Positions 52,620 to 62,929 of a stretch of 64,000 bases of DNA are shown one piece after another; the stretch's first letter is position 1, and the number at the start of each line of letters is the position of its first letter. This DNA is from Anaerolineales bacterium (lineage in GTDB: Bacteria > Chloroflexota > Anaerolineae > Anaerolineales > UBA11579): positions 5,262 to 69,261 of the forward strand of contig JAHBVB010000001.1 of assembly GCA_019637805.1 (NCBI GenBank). Reading direction: 5' to 3'. The notes beneath the pieces were generated by a model, which did not search any database, was not told the DNA's origin, and worked only from the letters and a program-made list of their open reading frames with translations. The position numbers and the translations under genes were made by a program.

Positions 52620-53585
52620 ATGGATATTCTTGTTACCGGTTCAGTCGCGTACGACTACCTGATGACCTTCCCCGGTCATTTCAAAGAGCACCTCCTCCCC
52701 GAACATCTCGAAAAGATCAGCCTCTCCTTCCTGGTAGAGAGCCTGGTGCGCCGCCGTGGCGGCATCGCCCCCAACATCGCCTATACCTTGGCGCTACTGG
52801 GCGGGCGGCCGCGCGTGCTGGCCACCGTGGGCGAAGACTTTGCCGACTACCGCGCCTTCCTCGAAGAGCACGGTGTGGACACCGCCAACATCCAGGTGGT
52901 GCCGGGCACCTACACCGCCTCGTTCTTCGCCACCACAGACCGCTCCAACGCCCAGGTGGCCAGCTTCTACCCCGGCGCCATGGCCCATGCCGGCGAGCTC
53001 TCCCTGCACGAACTGCAAGGGCCGCGCCCAGAAATGGTGATCGTCTCCCCCAACGAGCCCGGCGCCATGCAGCGCTATATCGACGAATGCAAAGCGCTGA
53101 GCATCCCCTATATCTACGACCCCAGCCAGCAGATCATCCGCTTCGAAGGTGATGTGCTGCGCGCCGGCGTGGAGAGTGCACACGCCTTGTTCGCCAATGA
53201 ATACGAGTTTGAGCTGATCAAGGACAAGACCAAGATGTCTGCCGATGAGATCCTCTCACACCTCAAGTTCATGGCCATCACCATGGGTCCTAAGGGCGCC
53301 CTGGTGTATGTGGACGGTGAAGAAAAACCGGTCGAGGCTTTCCCCACCGAGCACATCGTAGACCCCACCGGCGGCGGCGATGCCTTCCGCGGCGGCTTCC
53401 TCACCGGGTACCGCATGGGCTTGGATTGGGACATCTGCGCCCAGATCGGCTCCTTAGCGGCCACCTACTGCCTGGAAAACGAAGGCCCGCAGGCCCACCA
53501 CTTCACCCCGCAGCAGTTCCTCTCCCGCTACGAAGAGTTTTACAAAGACGCCAGCGCGCTGCATGCGCTGATCCCCAGTCATTGA
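52620..53585 (+). CDS. PfkB-family carbohydrate/nucleoside kinase (probable adenosine kinase by context)
   Basis: Start ATG 52620 (MDILVTGSVAYDYL; GTG 52602 would lie next to the hairpin). PfkB signature DPTGGGDAFRGGF. Directly upstream of ahcY. Confidence 0.75.
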   Translation: MDILVTGSVAYDYLMTFPGHFKEHLLPEHLEKISLSFLVESLVRRRGGIAPNIAYTLALLGGRPRVLATVGEDFADYRAFLEEHGVDTANIQVVPGTYTASFFATTDRSNAQVASFYPGAMAHAGELSLHELQGPRPEMVIVSPNEPGAMQRYIDECKALSIPYIYDPSQQIIRFEGDVLRAGVESAHALFANEYEFELIKDKTKMSADEILSHLKFMAITMGPKGALVYVDGEEKPVEAFPTEHIVDPTGGGDAFRGGFLTGYRMGLDWDICAQIGSLAATYCLENEGPQAHHFTPQQFLSRYEEFYKDASALHALIPSH

Positions 53586-53611
53586 TCCGCACGTTATAAG
53601 GAATGGAGTAA

Positions 53612-54877
<1,266 letters not shown>

Positions 54878-54894
54878 CCCGAAGCTATATACAA

Positions 54895-54925
54895 AAAAGA
54901 CGCCGCACTCCGTGCGGCGTCTTTT
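54895..54925. terminator. Bidirectional Rho-independent terminator between ahcY and the convergent hydrolase gene
   Basis: 14-bp stem AAAAGACGCCGCAC (54895-54908) / GTGCGGCGTCTTTT (54912-54925), loop TCC, flanked by A-run and T-run. Confidence 0.85.
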
Positions 54926-54938
54926 ATTTCACAAGGTA

Positions 54939-55934
54939 TTAGCCTCCATCATCTTGGTCGTAAAAATCCACCACTTTGGGCGGTGATTTCTCGACAATCG
55001 TACTGAAGAAATATCGCGCCTCTTCATAGCTACCATCATGTCCTTGATGACCAATCGCCGGATGGACGCGCAAACCAAGCCATCCCTTCTTCTTGGTATA
55101 GCTCTGAACCAATGGCAAAGTGTCCTCACCAAAAGGGTTTGAACGATCATATTGATTCTGGATCAGAAAGAGTGGGGGCAAAGCTTCTGCGCGTTCTGCT
55201 TCCAGGCATACATCTGGCAGGCCTCTAAACTCAAGGTCATCAGGGTGCGCCAGGGCAGTGTAACTCGTTTCAATCCCGCGTTTATAGTATTCGGCAGCCT
55301 TTTTCTTCAGATCTATGATTGGGGTCATCGTGTAAATTCCATCCGCCTGATACTTAATACCATGATACAAAGCAGCGAACCCACCCATGGAGGTTCCTAA
55401 AGTAAACCAGTGAGAGGGGTTTCGTTCTGCTTGGACTTTCCTGATTAAGGCATTTGTCAGCTTCTCAACATGGTTATCACCCTTTTCCCCCCAAAACCAA
55501 CTCCCCAGATTTTTATAACCATAACTATCCAACGGCAACAAAAGATCAAACTGCCTCCAGCTGTAGCGAATATCCTCAATCTCAAAGCCAAGATAGCCAT
55601 GAAATATCGTGATCAGGCCCTTTGATTCAGCCAAGGCGGGAAAGAGAGCATAACGCATCGTATCGCCACTAGCATGCTGATAAATCAAAGGAAACTGTGT
55701 ACTACGATCTTTGCTTGCTTCGCTCTTTTTGGCTTGTCCACTCCGCTTGCGCGCATAATCTCTAATGGATGTAATCCCCGGCGCCAGAAGGAGGTCGGGG
55801 TCCGCCCCGGCCAAAGGAAAGGGGATATCTGCCTTTTTGCGAGGGTACAGGCTCTTTACCGCGCGTTGAAGCCCTAAAATACGCAGCTTATTCCACAAAC
55901 GTCGCAAGCGATGTGTGAAAGAAAGTTCATCCAT
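54939..55934 (-). CDS. Alpha/beta-hydrolase-fold protein (low-GC accessory gene)
   Basis: 331 aa. Nucleophile elbow GTSMGGFAALYHG, later acidic and His candidates (..QNQYDRSNP.., ..GHQGHDGS). Local G+C is about 42% (25/60 at 55501-55560). Confidence 0.55.
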   Translation of the reverse strand: MDELSFTHRLRRLWNKLRILGLQRAVKSLYPRKKADIPFPLAGADPDLLLAPGITSIRDYARKRSGQAKKSEASKDRSTQFPLIYQHASGDTMRYALFPALAESKGLITIFHGYLGFEIEDIRYSWRQFDLLLPLDSYGYKNLGSWFWGEKGDNHVEKLTNALIRKVQAERNPSHWFTLGTSMGGFAALYHGIKYQADGIYTMTPIIDLKKKAAEYYKRGIETSYTALAHPDDLEFRGLPDVCLEAERAEALPPLFLIQNQYDRSNPFGEDTLPLVQSYTKKKGWLGLRVHPAIGHQGHDGSYEEARYFFSTIVEKSPPKVVDFYDQDDGG

Positions 55935-56063
55935 CCGGTTTTTCTCTGTTTCCTTGATATTCTGGAACCTGCTAGAATATCTGTGCAGTTTACCACCCCC
56001 GCACCCGCGGCGGTGGCCTAGCGCTTTTAAAAGCTCATATGCATTTTAAGCCTTCGGAGAACC

Positions 56064-56678
56064 ATGTTCTGGCGTAAAAAGAAAGAAATCAACGACAACC
56101 CGCCTTTCGTCATCGTCGGCCTGGGCAACCCCGGGCCTGAGTACGCGCTGAACCGGCACAATGCCGGTTTCCTGGCCGTGGACGAGATGGCCCGTCAGCT
56201 GGAAACCACCTTCAGCCGCATGCAGTCCGAGGCGCTGGTGGCCAGCGCCCGTCATGGCGAAGAACGCCTGGTGCTGGCCAAGCCGCGCACTTACATGAAC
56301 CGCTCGGGCAGTGCTGTGCGCGGGCTGCTGCGCTTCTACAAGGCGCCGTTGGAAAAACTGCTGGTGCTCTATGACGACGTCGATTTGCCCTTTGGCAGCC
56401 TGCGCCTGCGCGCCGAGGGCGGCTCCGCCGGGCAAAAGGGTATGAAGTCGATCATCGAGAACCTCGGCGGCCAGGACTTTGCGCGCCTGCGGGTGGGCGT
56501 GGGCCGGCCCAAGGGCCGCATGCGCACACCCGACCACGTATTGCAAGATTTCTCCCGGCAGGAACGCGAAGAACTGCCCTTCGTGCTGCAGCGCGCCGCC
56601 GAAGCTGGCCTCAGCTTTGTCAGTGACGGCATCGTCACCGCCATGAACAAGTACAACGCGCATGAAAGTGATGAGTGA
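56064..56678 (+). CDS. pth: Peptidyl-tRNA hydrolase
   Basis: VIVGLGNPGPEYALNRHNAGF, YMNRSG, DDVDLPFG..R.R..G. GGAGAA lies just before the ATG. Confidence 0.93.
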   Translation: MFWRKKKEINDNPPFVIVGLGNPGPEYALNRHNAGFLAVDEMARQLETTFSRMQSEALVASARHGEERLVLAKPRTYMNRSGSAVRGLLRFYKAPLEKLLVLYDDVDLPFGSLRLRAEGGSAGQKGMKSIIENLGGQDFARLRVGVGRPKGRMRTPDHVLQDFSRQEREELPFVLQRAAEAGLSFVSDGIVTAMNKYNAHESDE

Positions 56679-56718
56679 TCAGTAAATTAGGGATCCCCAA
56701 TTACTGATTTCTAAGCAC

Positions 56719-59700
56719 ATGGAAGCTTTACTGACCACTATCCAACAGCTGCCCGCCTTCCAGGAACTGGCGGCGCGCCCAGACCGGGCTGGCAAGCTCG
56801 GGCTGATCCGCGCCGCGCGCCTGCCGTTGGCGGCCGCCTTGGCCGCAGCCAACGGCCGCCCTGCCCTGCTGCTCACCCAGCGCCGTGACCGGGCGCTGAC
56901 CTACCTGGAGGAACTCGGCCTCTGGGCGCCGCAGCTCATGCGCCAATATTTTGCCGAGCCCAGCTCGCTGTTCTACGAGAACGCCGCCTGGAGTGAGACG
57001 GCCCGCCGCGAGCGCCTGGCCGTGCTGGCCGGTCTGGCCTTGCCCAATCCAGACCTGCCTCCGCCCTTTATCCTTGCCAGCGGTCGCGCCCTCATGGCGC
57101 GCACTCTGCCCAAGCCCGACTTCCTGGCAGCCAGCCTTAGCCTGCATAGTGGCAGCCGCCAGGACCCGCTGGCCCTGGCCGAGCGACTGGTGCGCAGCGG
57201 TTACGAAAACGCCAGCAGCGTCACCGCCCCCGGCCAGTTCGCCCGCCGCGGCGGCATTCTAGACCTGTGGGCCATGCAAGACCCGCTGCCCATCCGCCTG
57301 GAATTCTTTGGCGACGAGGTCGACAGCCTGCGCCGCTTTGAACCGGGCAGCCAGCGCACGGTGGAAGAGGTTGAACTGGCCCAGATCAGCCCAGCCCGCG
57401 AATATCTGCTCGATCGCCAGGCCGAGACCGGGCTGGAGGCCAAAGACCTCAACGAATTTCATATTCCCCTGCTGCACGCCGAAACCGCCAGCTTGCTGGA
57501 CTACCTACCCGTCGACACCCTGGTGCTGGTCGATGACATGGAAGCCTTGCAGGAGCAGATCAGCGACCTGGAAACCCAGGCGCTCAGCATCCGTCAGGAG
57601 AATTTGGTCACCGGCCTGCTGACTGAAGCCCATGCCCTGCCCTACCTGACCCTGGACGAGATTCGTGACCAACTGTCCGATCGGCCTTTGCTGGAGTTGG
57701 GGCCGGCCGAATCGCTGGAAGAAGCTGACGGCCTGGCCAGCCTGTTTCGCCCTGGGCCGCGCTTTGGCGGCCAACTCAAGCTGGCCATCGACCACATCGA
57801 ACGCCTGCTGGACAACGGAGAGCAGGTGCATCTGGTCTCGCGCCAGGCACCCCGTCTGCACGACCTCTGGCTGGAGCGCAGCTTCGCCAGCCAGCGCGAA
57901 AACCCTCCCATCTTCACCGATGGCACCCTGGGCGACGGCTGGAGCTTGCAGCAGCCCAGGGAGCCTGTGGTGCACCTGCTGACCGATGGCGAGATTTTCG
58001 GCTGGGGCCGCCCGCAACCCCGCCGCCAGCCGCGCCCGGAGCGTGAATCCCCCGAGGCGCCCTATGTCGACCTGCAGAACGACGAGTGGGTCGTGCACAT
58101 TGACCACGGCATCGGCATCTTCAAAGGCCTGGTCGAAGCCAGGATCGAAGGCGTCGCCCGTGAGTTCCTGCGTGTGGAATACGCCGGCGGCGATCAGCTC
58201 TACGTACCCGTGCACCAGGCGGACCGGCTGACCCGCTATGTGGGCGGCCGTGGTGAAGCCCCGCTGCTCAGCCGCCTGGGCGGCACGGAATGGCGCAGCT
58301 CCAAGGCGCGCGTGCGCCGGGCTGTGGAGGCCATCGCCGAAGACTTGTTGGAGCTCTACGCCCGCCGCGAGATGGCCCAGGGACACGCCTTCGGCCCAGA
58401 CAGCGCCTGGCAGCGCGAGCTGGAAGCCAGCTTCCCCTATGTGGAAACCGAGGACCAACTGCGCGTGCTGGAAGAGGTCAAGCGTGATATGGAAAGCAGC
58501 CGCCCGATGGACCGCCTGGTCTGCGGCGACGCCGGCTACGGCAAGACCGAAGTCGCCTTACGCGCCGCCTTCAAAGCCGTGGCAGATGGCAAGCAGGTCG
58601 CCATGCTGGTGCCTACCACCGTGTTGGCCCAGCAGCACTACGAAACTTTCCAGCAACGCCTGGCAGCCTTCCCGGTCACAGTGGATATGCTCTCCCGTTT
58701 CCGCACCAGCAGCGAACAGGCTGATACGCTGCGCAGGCTGGCCGCCGGACAGGTGGATATCGTCATTGGCACCCACCGCCTGGTGCAAAAAGATGTGCAG
58801 TTCAAAGACCTGGGCCTGCTGATCATTGACGAAGAACAGCGTTTTGGCGTGACCCATAAGGAATATCTCAAGAAGATGCGCACTGAAGTGGACGTGCTCA
58901 CGATGACCGCCACGCCCATCCCGCGCACCCTATACATGTCGCTCACCGGCGTGCGCGACATCTCCACCATCAGTACCCCGCCGGAAGAGCGCCTGCCGGT
59001 GGTCACGCATGTCGGCCCCTATTCGGAGCAGTTGGTGCGCCGGGCGATTTTGCGTGAGCTCGACCGCGGCGGGCAGGCCTTCTTCGTGCACAACCGCGTG
59101 CAAACCATTGAGGGCATGCGCCGCCAGCTGACCAAACTGCTGCCAGACCTGCGCATTGCCGTGGCCCACGGGCAGTTACCGGAGCACGAATTGGCCGAGC
59201 GCATGGCGGCCTTCACCCGCGGCGAGGTGGATGTCTTGCTAACCACCACCATCATCGAGTCTGGCTTGGATATCCCCAACGCCAACACGCTCATCGTGGA
59301 CCGGGCCGACACCTTCGGGCTGGCCCAGCTCTACCAGCTGCGCGGCCGGGTGGGCCGCGGCGCCCAGCGCGCCTACGCCTACTTCTTCCGCCACGGCCAG
59401 CGCGCCACCACGCAGGAAGGCCGCCAGCGCCTCGATACGATTGCCGAGAACACGCATCTGGGCGCCGGCTTTTCCGTGGCCATGCGCGACATGCAAATCC
59501 GCGGCACCGGCGACCTGCTCGGCAACCGCCAGCACGGCCTCATCGCCGCCGTCGGTTTCCATCTCTACACTCGCCTGCTCTCCAAAGCCGTCATGGACCT
59601 CAAACGCAGCGGCAAGCTGCCCACCGGCGCTGGCGCGGCGCAGATTAGCCTCTATCACCCCATCATCAATGTGGATCTGCCCATCGAAGTCGGCATCCCC

Positions 59701-60126
59701 GCCGCCTATGTAGACGACAAGGCCATGCGTTTGAAACTCTACCGCCGCCTGGCAGACATTCACGACCTGAACGAGATCGAAGCACTGGAAGAGGAATTCA
59801 CGGATCGCTTTGGCAAGCTGCCGGAGGAAGTGCAGAACCTGCTCTACCAGCTCAAAGTGCGTGTGTTGGCCGAGCAAGCCGGGGTCATATCGATCAGCAT
59901 CGAGAACAAGCAATTGGCTCTGCGCTATCCTCTGCCCGCGCCCAAAGACCCGCCCAAGCGCTACCCCAACCTGGGCGCCGGAGTGCGCACCAGCAAGCAT
60001 GTCGTCTGGCTGGCGGGCTTGGAGGGAGCAGGCTGGCGCGCCCGCCTGCTGGAGGTGCTCTCCACCCTGGTCGCCTCTCCCCCGCAGACGGAAAAGCGCC
60101 CGTTGATGGAAGTTCCTGTTCAATAA
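56719..60126 (+). CDS. mfd: Transcription-repair coupling factor Mfd
   Basis: 1135 aa. CarD/RNAP-interaction region ([12 protein letters not shown]), helicase motifs [26 protein letters not shown], and translocation TRG motif QLRGRVGR. Confidence 0.95.
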   Translation: MEALLTTIQQLPAFQELAARPDRAGKLGLIRAARLPLAAALAAANGRPALLLTQRRDRALTYLEELGLWAPQLMRQYFAEPSSLFYENAAWSETARRERLAVLAGLALPNPDLPPPFILASGRALMARTLPKPDFLAASLSLHSGSRQDPLALAERLVRSGYENASSVTAPGQFARRGGILDLWAMQDPLPIRLEFFGDEVDSLRRFEPGSQRTVEEVELAQISPAREYLLDRQAETGLEAKDLNEFHIPLLHAETASLLDYLPVDTLVLVDDMEALQEQISDLETQALSIRQENLVTGLLTEAHALPYLTLDEIRDQLSDRPLLELGPAESLEEADGLASLFRPGPRFGGQLKLAIDHIERLLDNGEQVHLVSRQAPRLHDLWLERSFASQRENPPIFTDGTLGDGWSLQQPREPVVHLLTDGEIFGWGRPQPRRQPRPERESPEAPYVDLQNDEWVVHIDHGIGIFKGLVEARIEGVAREFLRVEYAGGDQLYVPVHQADRLTRYVGGRGEAPLLSRLGGTEWRSSKARVRRAVEAIAEDLLELYARREMAQGHAFGPDSAWQRELEASFPYVETEDQLRVLEEVKRDMESSRPMDRLVCGDAGYGKTEVALRAAFKAVADGKQVAMLVPTTVLAQQHYETFQQRLAAFPVTVDMLSRFRTSSEQADTLRRLAAGQVDIVIGTHRLVQKDVQFKDLGLLIIDEEQRFGVTHKEYLKKMRTEVDVLTMTATPIPRTLYMSLTGVRDISTISTPPEERLPVVTHVGPYSEQLVRRAILRELDRGGQAFFVHNRVQTIEGMRRQLTKLLPDLRIAVAHGQLPEHELAERMAAFTRGEVDVLLTTTIIESGLDIPNANTLIVDRADTFGLAQLYQLRGRVGRGAQRAYAYFFRHGQRATTQEGRQRLDTIAENTHLGAGFSVAMRDMQIRGTGDLLGNRQHGLIAAVGFHLYTRLLSKAVMDLKRSGKLPTGAGAAQISLYHPIINVDLPIEVGIPAAYVDDKAMRLKLYRRLADIHDLNEIEALEEEFTDRFGKLPEEVQNLLYQLKVRVLAEQAGVISISIENKQLALRYPLPAPKDPPKRYPNLGAGVRTSKHVVWLAGLEGAGWRARLLEVLSTLVASPPQTEKRPLMEVPVQ

Positions 60127-60130
60127 AAAA

Positions 60131-60154
60131 CGCCGGCAGAAGCCGGCGCTTTTT
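60131..60154 (+). terminator. Rho-independent terminator after mfd
   Basis: Stem CGCCGGC (60131-60137) / GCCGGCG (60142-60148), loop AGAA, then C + TTTTT (60150-60154), preceded by an A-run. Confidence 0.7.
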
Positions 60155-60204
60155 ATCTTCGTCTTGTTAAGGTGCACAGCCGTGCGCCGTTAACTGCAGG
60201 ATAC

Positions 60205-60948
60205 CTATTGGGAAACAGCCACAAAGTTCAGTTCCAGAATAACCTGCGGCGACACCGAGGCCACCTGGGGCGGGGTCTGGATCAGCCCCAGACCGAACTG
60301 CTCGCGGGCCACTGTGGCGCTGGCCTGGCCACTGAGGCGGGTCTCAGACTCCACGCGAACGGTCACATCAAAGGTCACTTCGCTGACCTGGTCTTTGATC
60401 TGCAGGTCGCCCACGACCTGGAAAGTGAACGTGTCGCCCACGGCCACACTTGCCGGCAATCCCAGCAATTGCTTGGGGGTGAAAGTGATGAACTCAAAGG
60501 CGCCAGTCTGCAGGATGGCGTTCTGAATGGCGCGGTTGCGGTTGCCGTTGTCGGTCGCAAAAGTGCGTGCATTGACCGTGACCGGCCCCATTTGGGTCGC
60601 GGCCGGGTTGGCCGGGTCGATCAGGATCTGGCCCGCCACCTGGCTGGCTACACCAATGACTGTCTTGGGTGACCCACTCAGGATCTCATCAATCAAAAAG
60701 CGGGCTTCGGTCTCCGTCTGCACCAGCTCAAAGGTCGTCGCTCCGTCTGCGGCAGCGGACTCTCCGGAACCGCTTTCCACTTCGGTGGGTTGGATCACTT
60801 CCGCCTGGGGCAGGGTTGCTTCAATGGGGATAGCGGTGATCTCGCCGCTGGGAGCCGCAGTCGGGCCCAGCACCCAAACCCCCAATGCCGCCATCGCCAC
60901 CAAAGCAGCGGCAGCCAAGCCGAGTACAACTTTAACAACAGTACGCAT
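60205..60948 (-). CDS. YceI-family (polyisoprenoid-binding-like) secreted protein
   Basis: N-terminal signal/anchor, then F.LV...TEARF.I.E.. and TFTFQVVGDLQIKDQVSEVTFDVTV, typical of the YceI-like lipocalin fold. Confidence 0.7.
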   Translation of the reverse strand: MRTVVKVVLGLAAAALVAMAALGVWVLGPTAAPSGEITAIPIEATLPQAEVIQPTEVESGSGESAAADGATTFELVQTETEARFLIDEILSGSPKTVIGVASQVAGQILIDPANPAATQMGPVTVNARTFATDNGNRNRAIQNAILQTGAFEFITFTPKQLLGLPASVAVGDTFTFQVVGDLQIKDQVSEVTFDVTVRVESETRLSGQASATVAREQFGLGLIQTPPQVASVSPQVILELNFVAVSQ

Positions 60949-61094
60949 GTATTAGTTCTCCAATCAATAAAGGGATTAAACGCATTCAATGTAACAGAGT
61001 CGCATTAAGTTCGCATGAATGCTAGCATTTGCGGCTTGTCAATTGTTGCAAAGTATACTTACGTATCAATCAAGGATTTGGCGTTTTGAAAAAC

Positions 61095-62360
61095 ATGATG
61101 GGACAACTGCACAAGTTGTTGTCAAATGATGTCACCTGGAGCGTGGTCAGCTTGGGCATCATGGCAGTAAGCGGCTTGCTACTGGTGGCGCTCCTGCGCT
61201 GGCACAGTGCTGAGACCCTGGGCGTGTTCAACCAGGTGTACGCTGTCTTCATCATCCTCTCACAGATTGGCGTAGGCGGGGTGCAGTTCTCCACACTAAA
61301 GCACGTATCGCACGCCAGCGATGATCTATCCGCATGTTGGGAGATCACTCTCAGCGCCCTACTGCTGGTGGCCCTGATCATGCTGCCGGTGGTTGTCGCA
61401 CTGTGGCTGCTGGCCGAGCCAATCGGCGCGTTCCTCAACAGCGATGCAGTAGCCGTCGGTATCCGCCTGGCTACACCAGGCCTGTTGTTCTTTGGGCTCA
61501 ACAAAGTCCTAATAAACGTGGTCAACGGCCTGGATAAAATCAAGGCAAACTCGGTCTTCAGAGCGCTGCGCTTCATCTTGCTGCCACTGGTAGTTTTTGT
61601 TTTTGTTATTCAAGACCAGCCGGCGGATCAGTTTGCCTTCGCGCTAACCCTGACCGAGATCACAGTTTTTTGCAGCCTGCTGATTTTTGTTTTTGGCCGG
61701 CTGCTCAAAGCCCAACCGCTGCGCAATTTTAGGCATTGGCTACACCAACATGTCTCGTTCGGTGCCCGAGGAGTGCTAAGCGGTGTATTGCTCGACCTAA
61801 ACACGCGGATTGATGTGCTGATGCTCGGCTATTTCACCAGCGATGCCTTGGTCGGCATTTACAGCTTCGCCTCAACATTGGCGGAGGGCTTTGCTCAAAT
61901 ACCCATCGCAGTGCGCTGGAGCATAGACCCCAAGCTGGGACAGCACTTTGCAAAAAGTGAACCCACCGAAATAGAAGAGCTCTCCCGAGTTACTCGGCGG
62001 CAACTGTTTCCATGGTCCCTTGCCGCGGGCCTATTGGGAATGGCTGCATTTCCCGCTCTTTCCTGGCTTGTCGACGGCAATGTAGACACCCTAGGTTGGC
62101 AACTCTTCGCCATCATGATAGTAGCGGTCACTATCAGTGCCGGCTATCGCTCTTTCGGCGGCATATTGTTACAAGGCGGACGCCCGGAAATGTATACGCT
62201 GGTAATCGTGGCGCTAGTGGCTGGCGACGCTCTGATGAATTTGGGCTTCATCCCTTGGTTGGGAGTAACTGGCGCGGCAATCGTAACCGCGACTACTTAT
62301 CTGCTTGAAGCGTTATACCTGCGACTTGCAGCAAAACGCTTGTTTGCAATCAGGCTTTAG
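61095..62360 (+). CDS. Polysaccharide biosynthesis flippase (MOP/Wzx-like)
   Basis: Start at ATG 61095. About 12 TM segments. Wzx/PST-family layout with conserved basic residues in the loops. Sits in a low-GC polysaccharide cluster. Confidence 0.65.
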   Translation: MMGQLHKLLSNDVTWSVVSLGIMAVSGLLLVALLRWHSAETLGVFNQVYAVFIILSQIGVGGVQFSTLKHVSHASDDLSACWEITLSALLLVALIMLPVVVALWLLAEPIGAFLNSDAVAVGIRLATPGLLFFGLNKVLINVVNGLDKIKANSVFRALRFILLPLVVFVFVIQDQPADQFAFALTLTEITVFCSLLIFVFGRLLKAQPLRNFRHWLHQHVSFGARGVLSGVLLDLNTRIDVLMLGYFTSDALVGIYSFASTLAEGFAQIPIAVRWSIDPKLGQHFAKSEPTEIEELSRVTRRQLFPWSLAAGLLGMAAFPALSWLVDGNVDTLGWQLFAIMIVAVTISAGYRSFGGILLQGGRPEMYTLVIVALVAGDALMNLGFIPWLGVTGAAIVTATTYLLEALYLRLAAKRLFAIRL

Positions 62361-62928
62361 CCGGCTTGCGAGAGCGGATGACTTTGCAGGGCGCGCCAAC
62401 CGCCACTGAATAGGGAGGAATATCACGCGTGACCACAGAAGAGCTACCGATCACCGAGCCCCGGCCAATACGCACTCCTCGATTGATGACCACATGGTTG
62501 CCGATCCAAACATCATCCTCAATGACCACAGGGGCGGTGATCATCCCCTGCTCGCTGATCGGCACATCGGGCTGCGAGAAATCATGGTCTGACGAATTGA
62601 TGCAAACATAAGCAGCCACTCGAACACCGTCACCCAATGTAACACCGCCATATCCATCTATGTTCACGCCTTGGTTTAGCGAGCAATTCCGTCCCACCTT
62701 AACCAGCCATGGAAACCAAATCGTGACTCCATCCGATATGTAAGTGGACTTAATCTCTGCCCCAAATAATCTAATCACGGCAAAACGAAAGAGATTGGAG
62801 AAGGGAAAAGACCAGTACTTGAACAGCGAATACAGCAGAAAAAACAACCCGTGCAAGATGTAGTTTCGCGTGTTGGCCATATCAGAGCGGGGTCGAACCT
62901 TCCGGCTGAAGTCTGCCTTATTATCCAT
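62350..62928 (-). CDS. Hexapeptide-repeat (left-handed beta-helix) acetyltransferase, WcaF-like
   Basis: Start ATG 62928, 1 nt after the upstream stop. N-terminal membrane-associated helix, then hexapeptide repeats (VTLGDGVRVAAYV, VVIEDDVWIGNHVVINRGVRIGRGSVIGSSSVV). Confidence 0.75.
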   Translation of the reverse strand: MDNKADFSRKVRPRSDMANTRNYILHGLFFLLYSLFKYWSFPFSNLFRFAVIRLFGAEIKSTYISDGVTIWFPWLVKVGRNCSLNQGVNIDGYGGVTLGDGVRVAAYVCINSSDHDFSQPDVPISEQGMITAPVVIEDDVWIGNHVVINRGVRIGRGSVIGSSSVVTRDIPPYSVAVGAPCKVIRSRKPAKA

Positions 62929-62929
62929 T

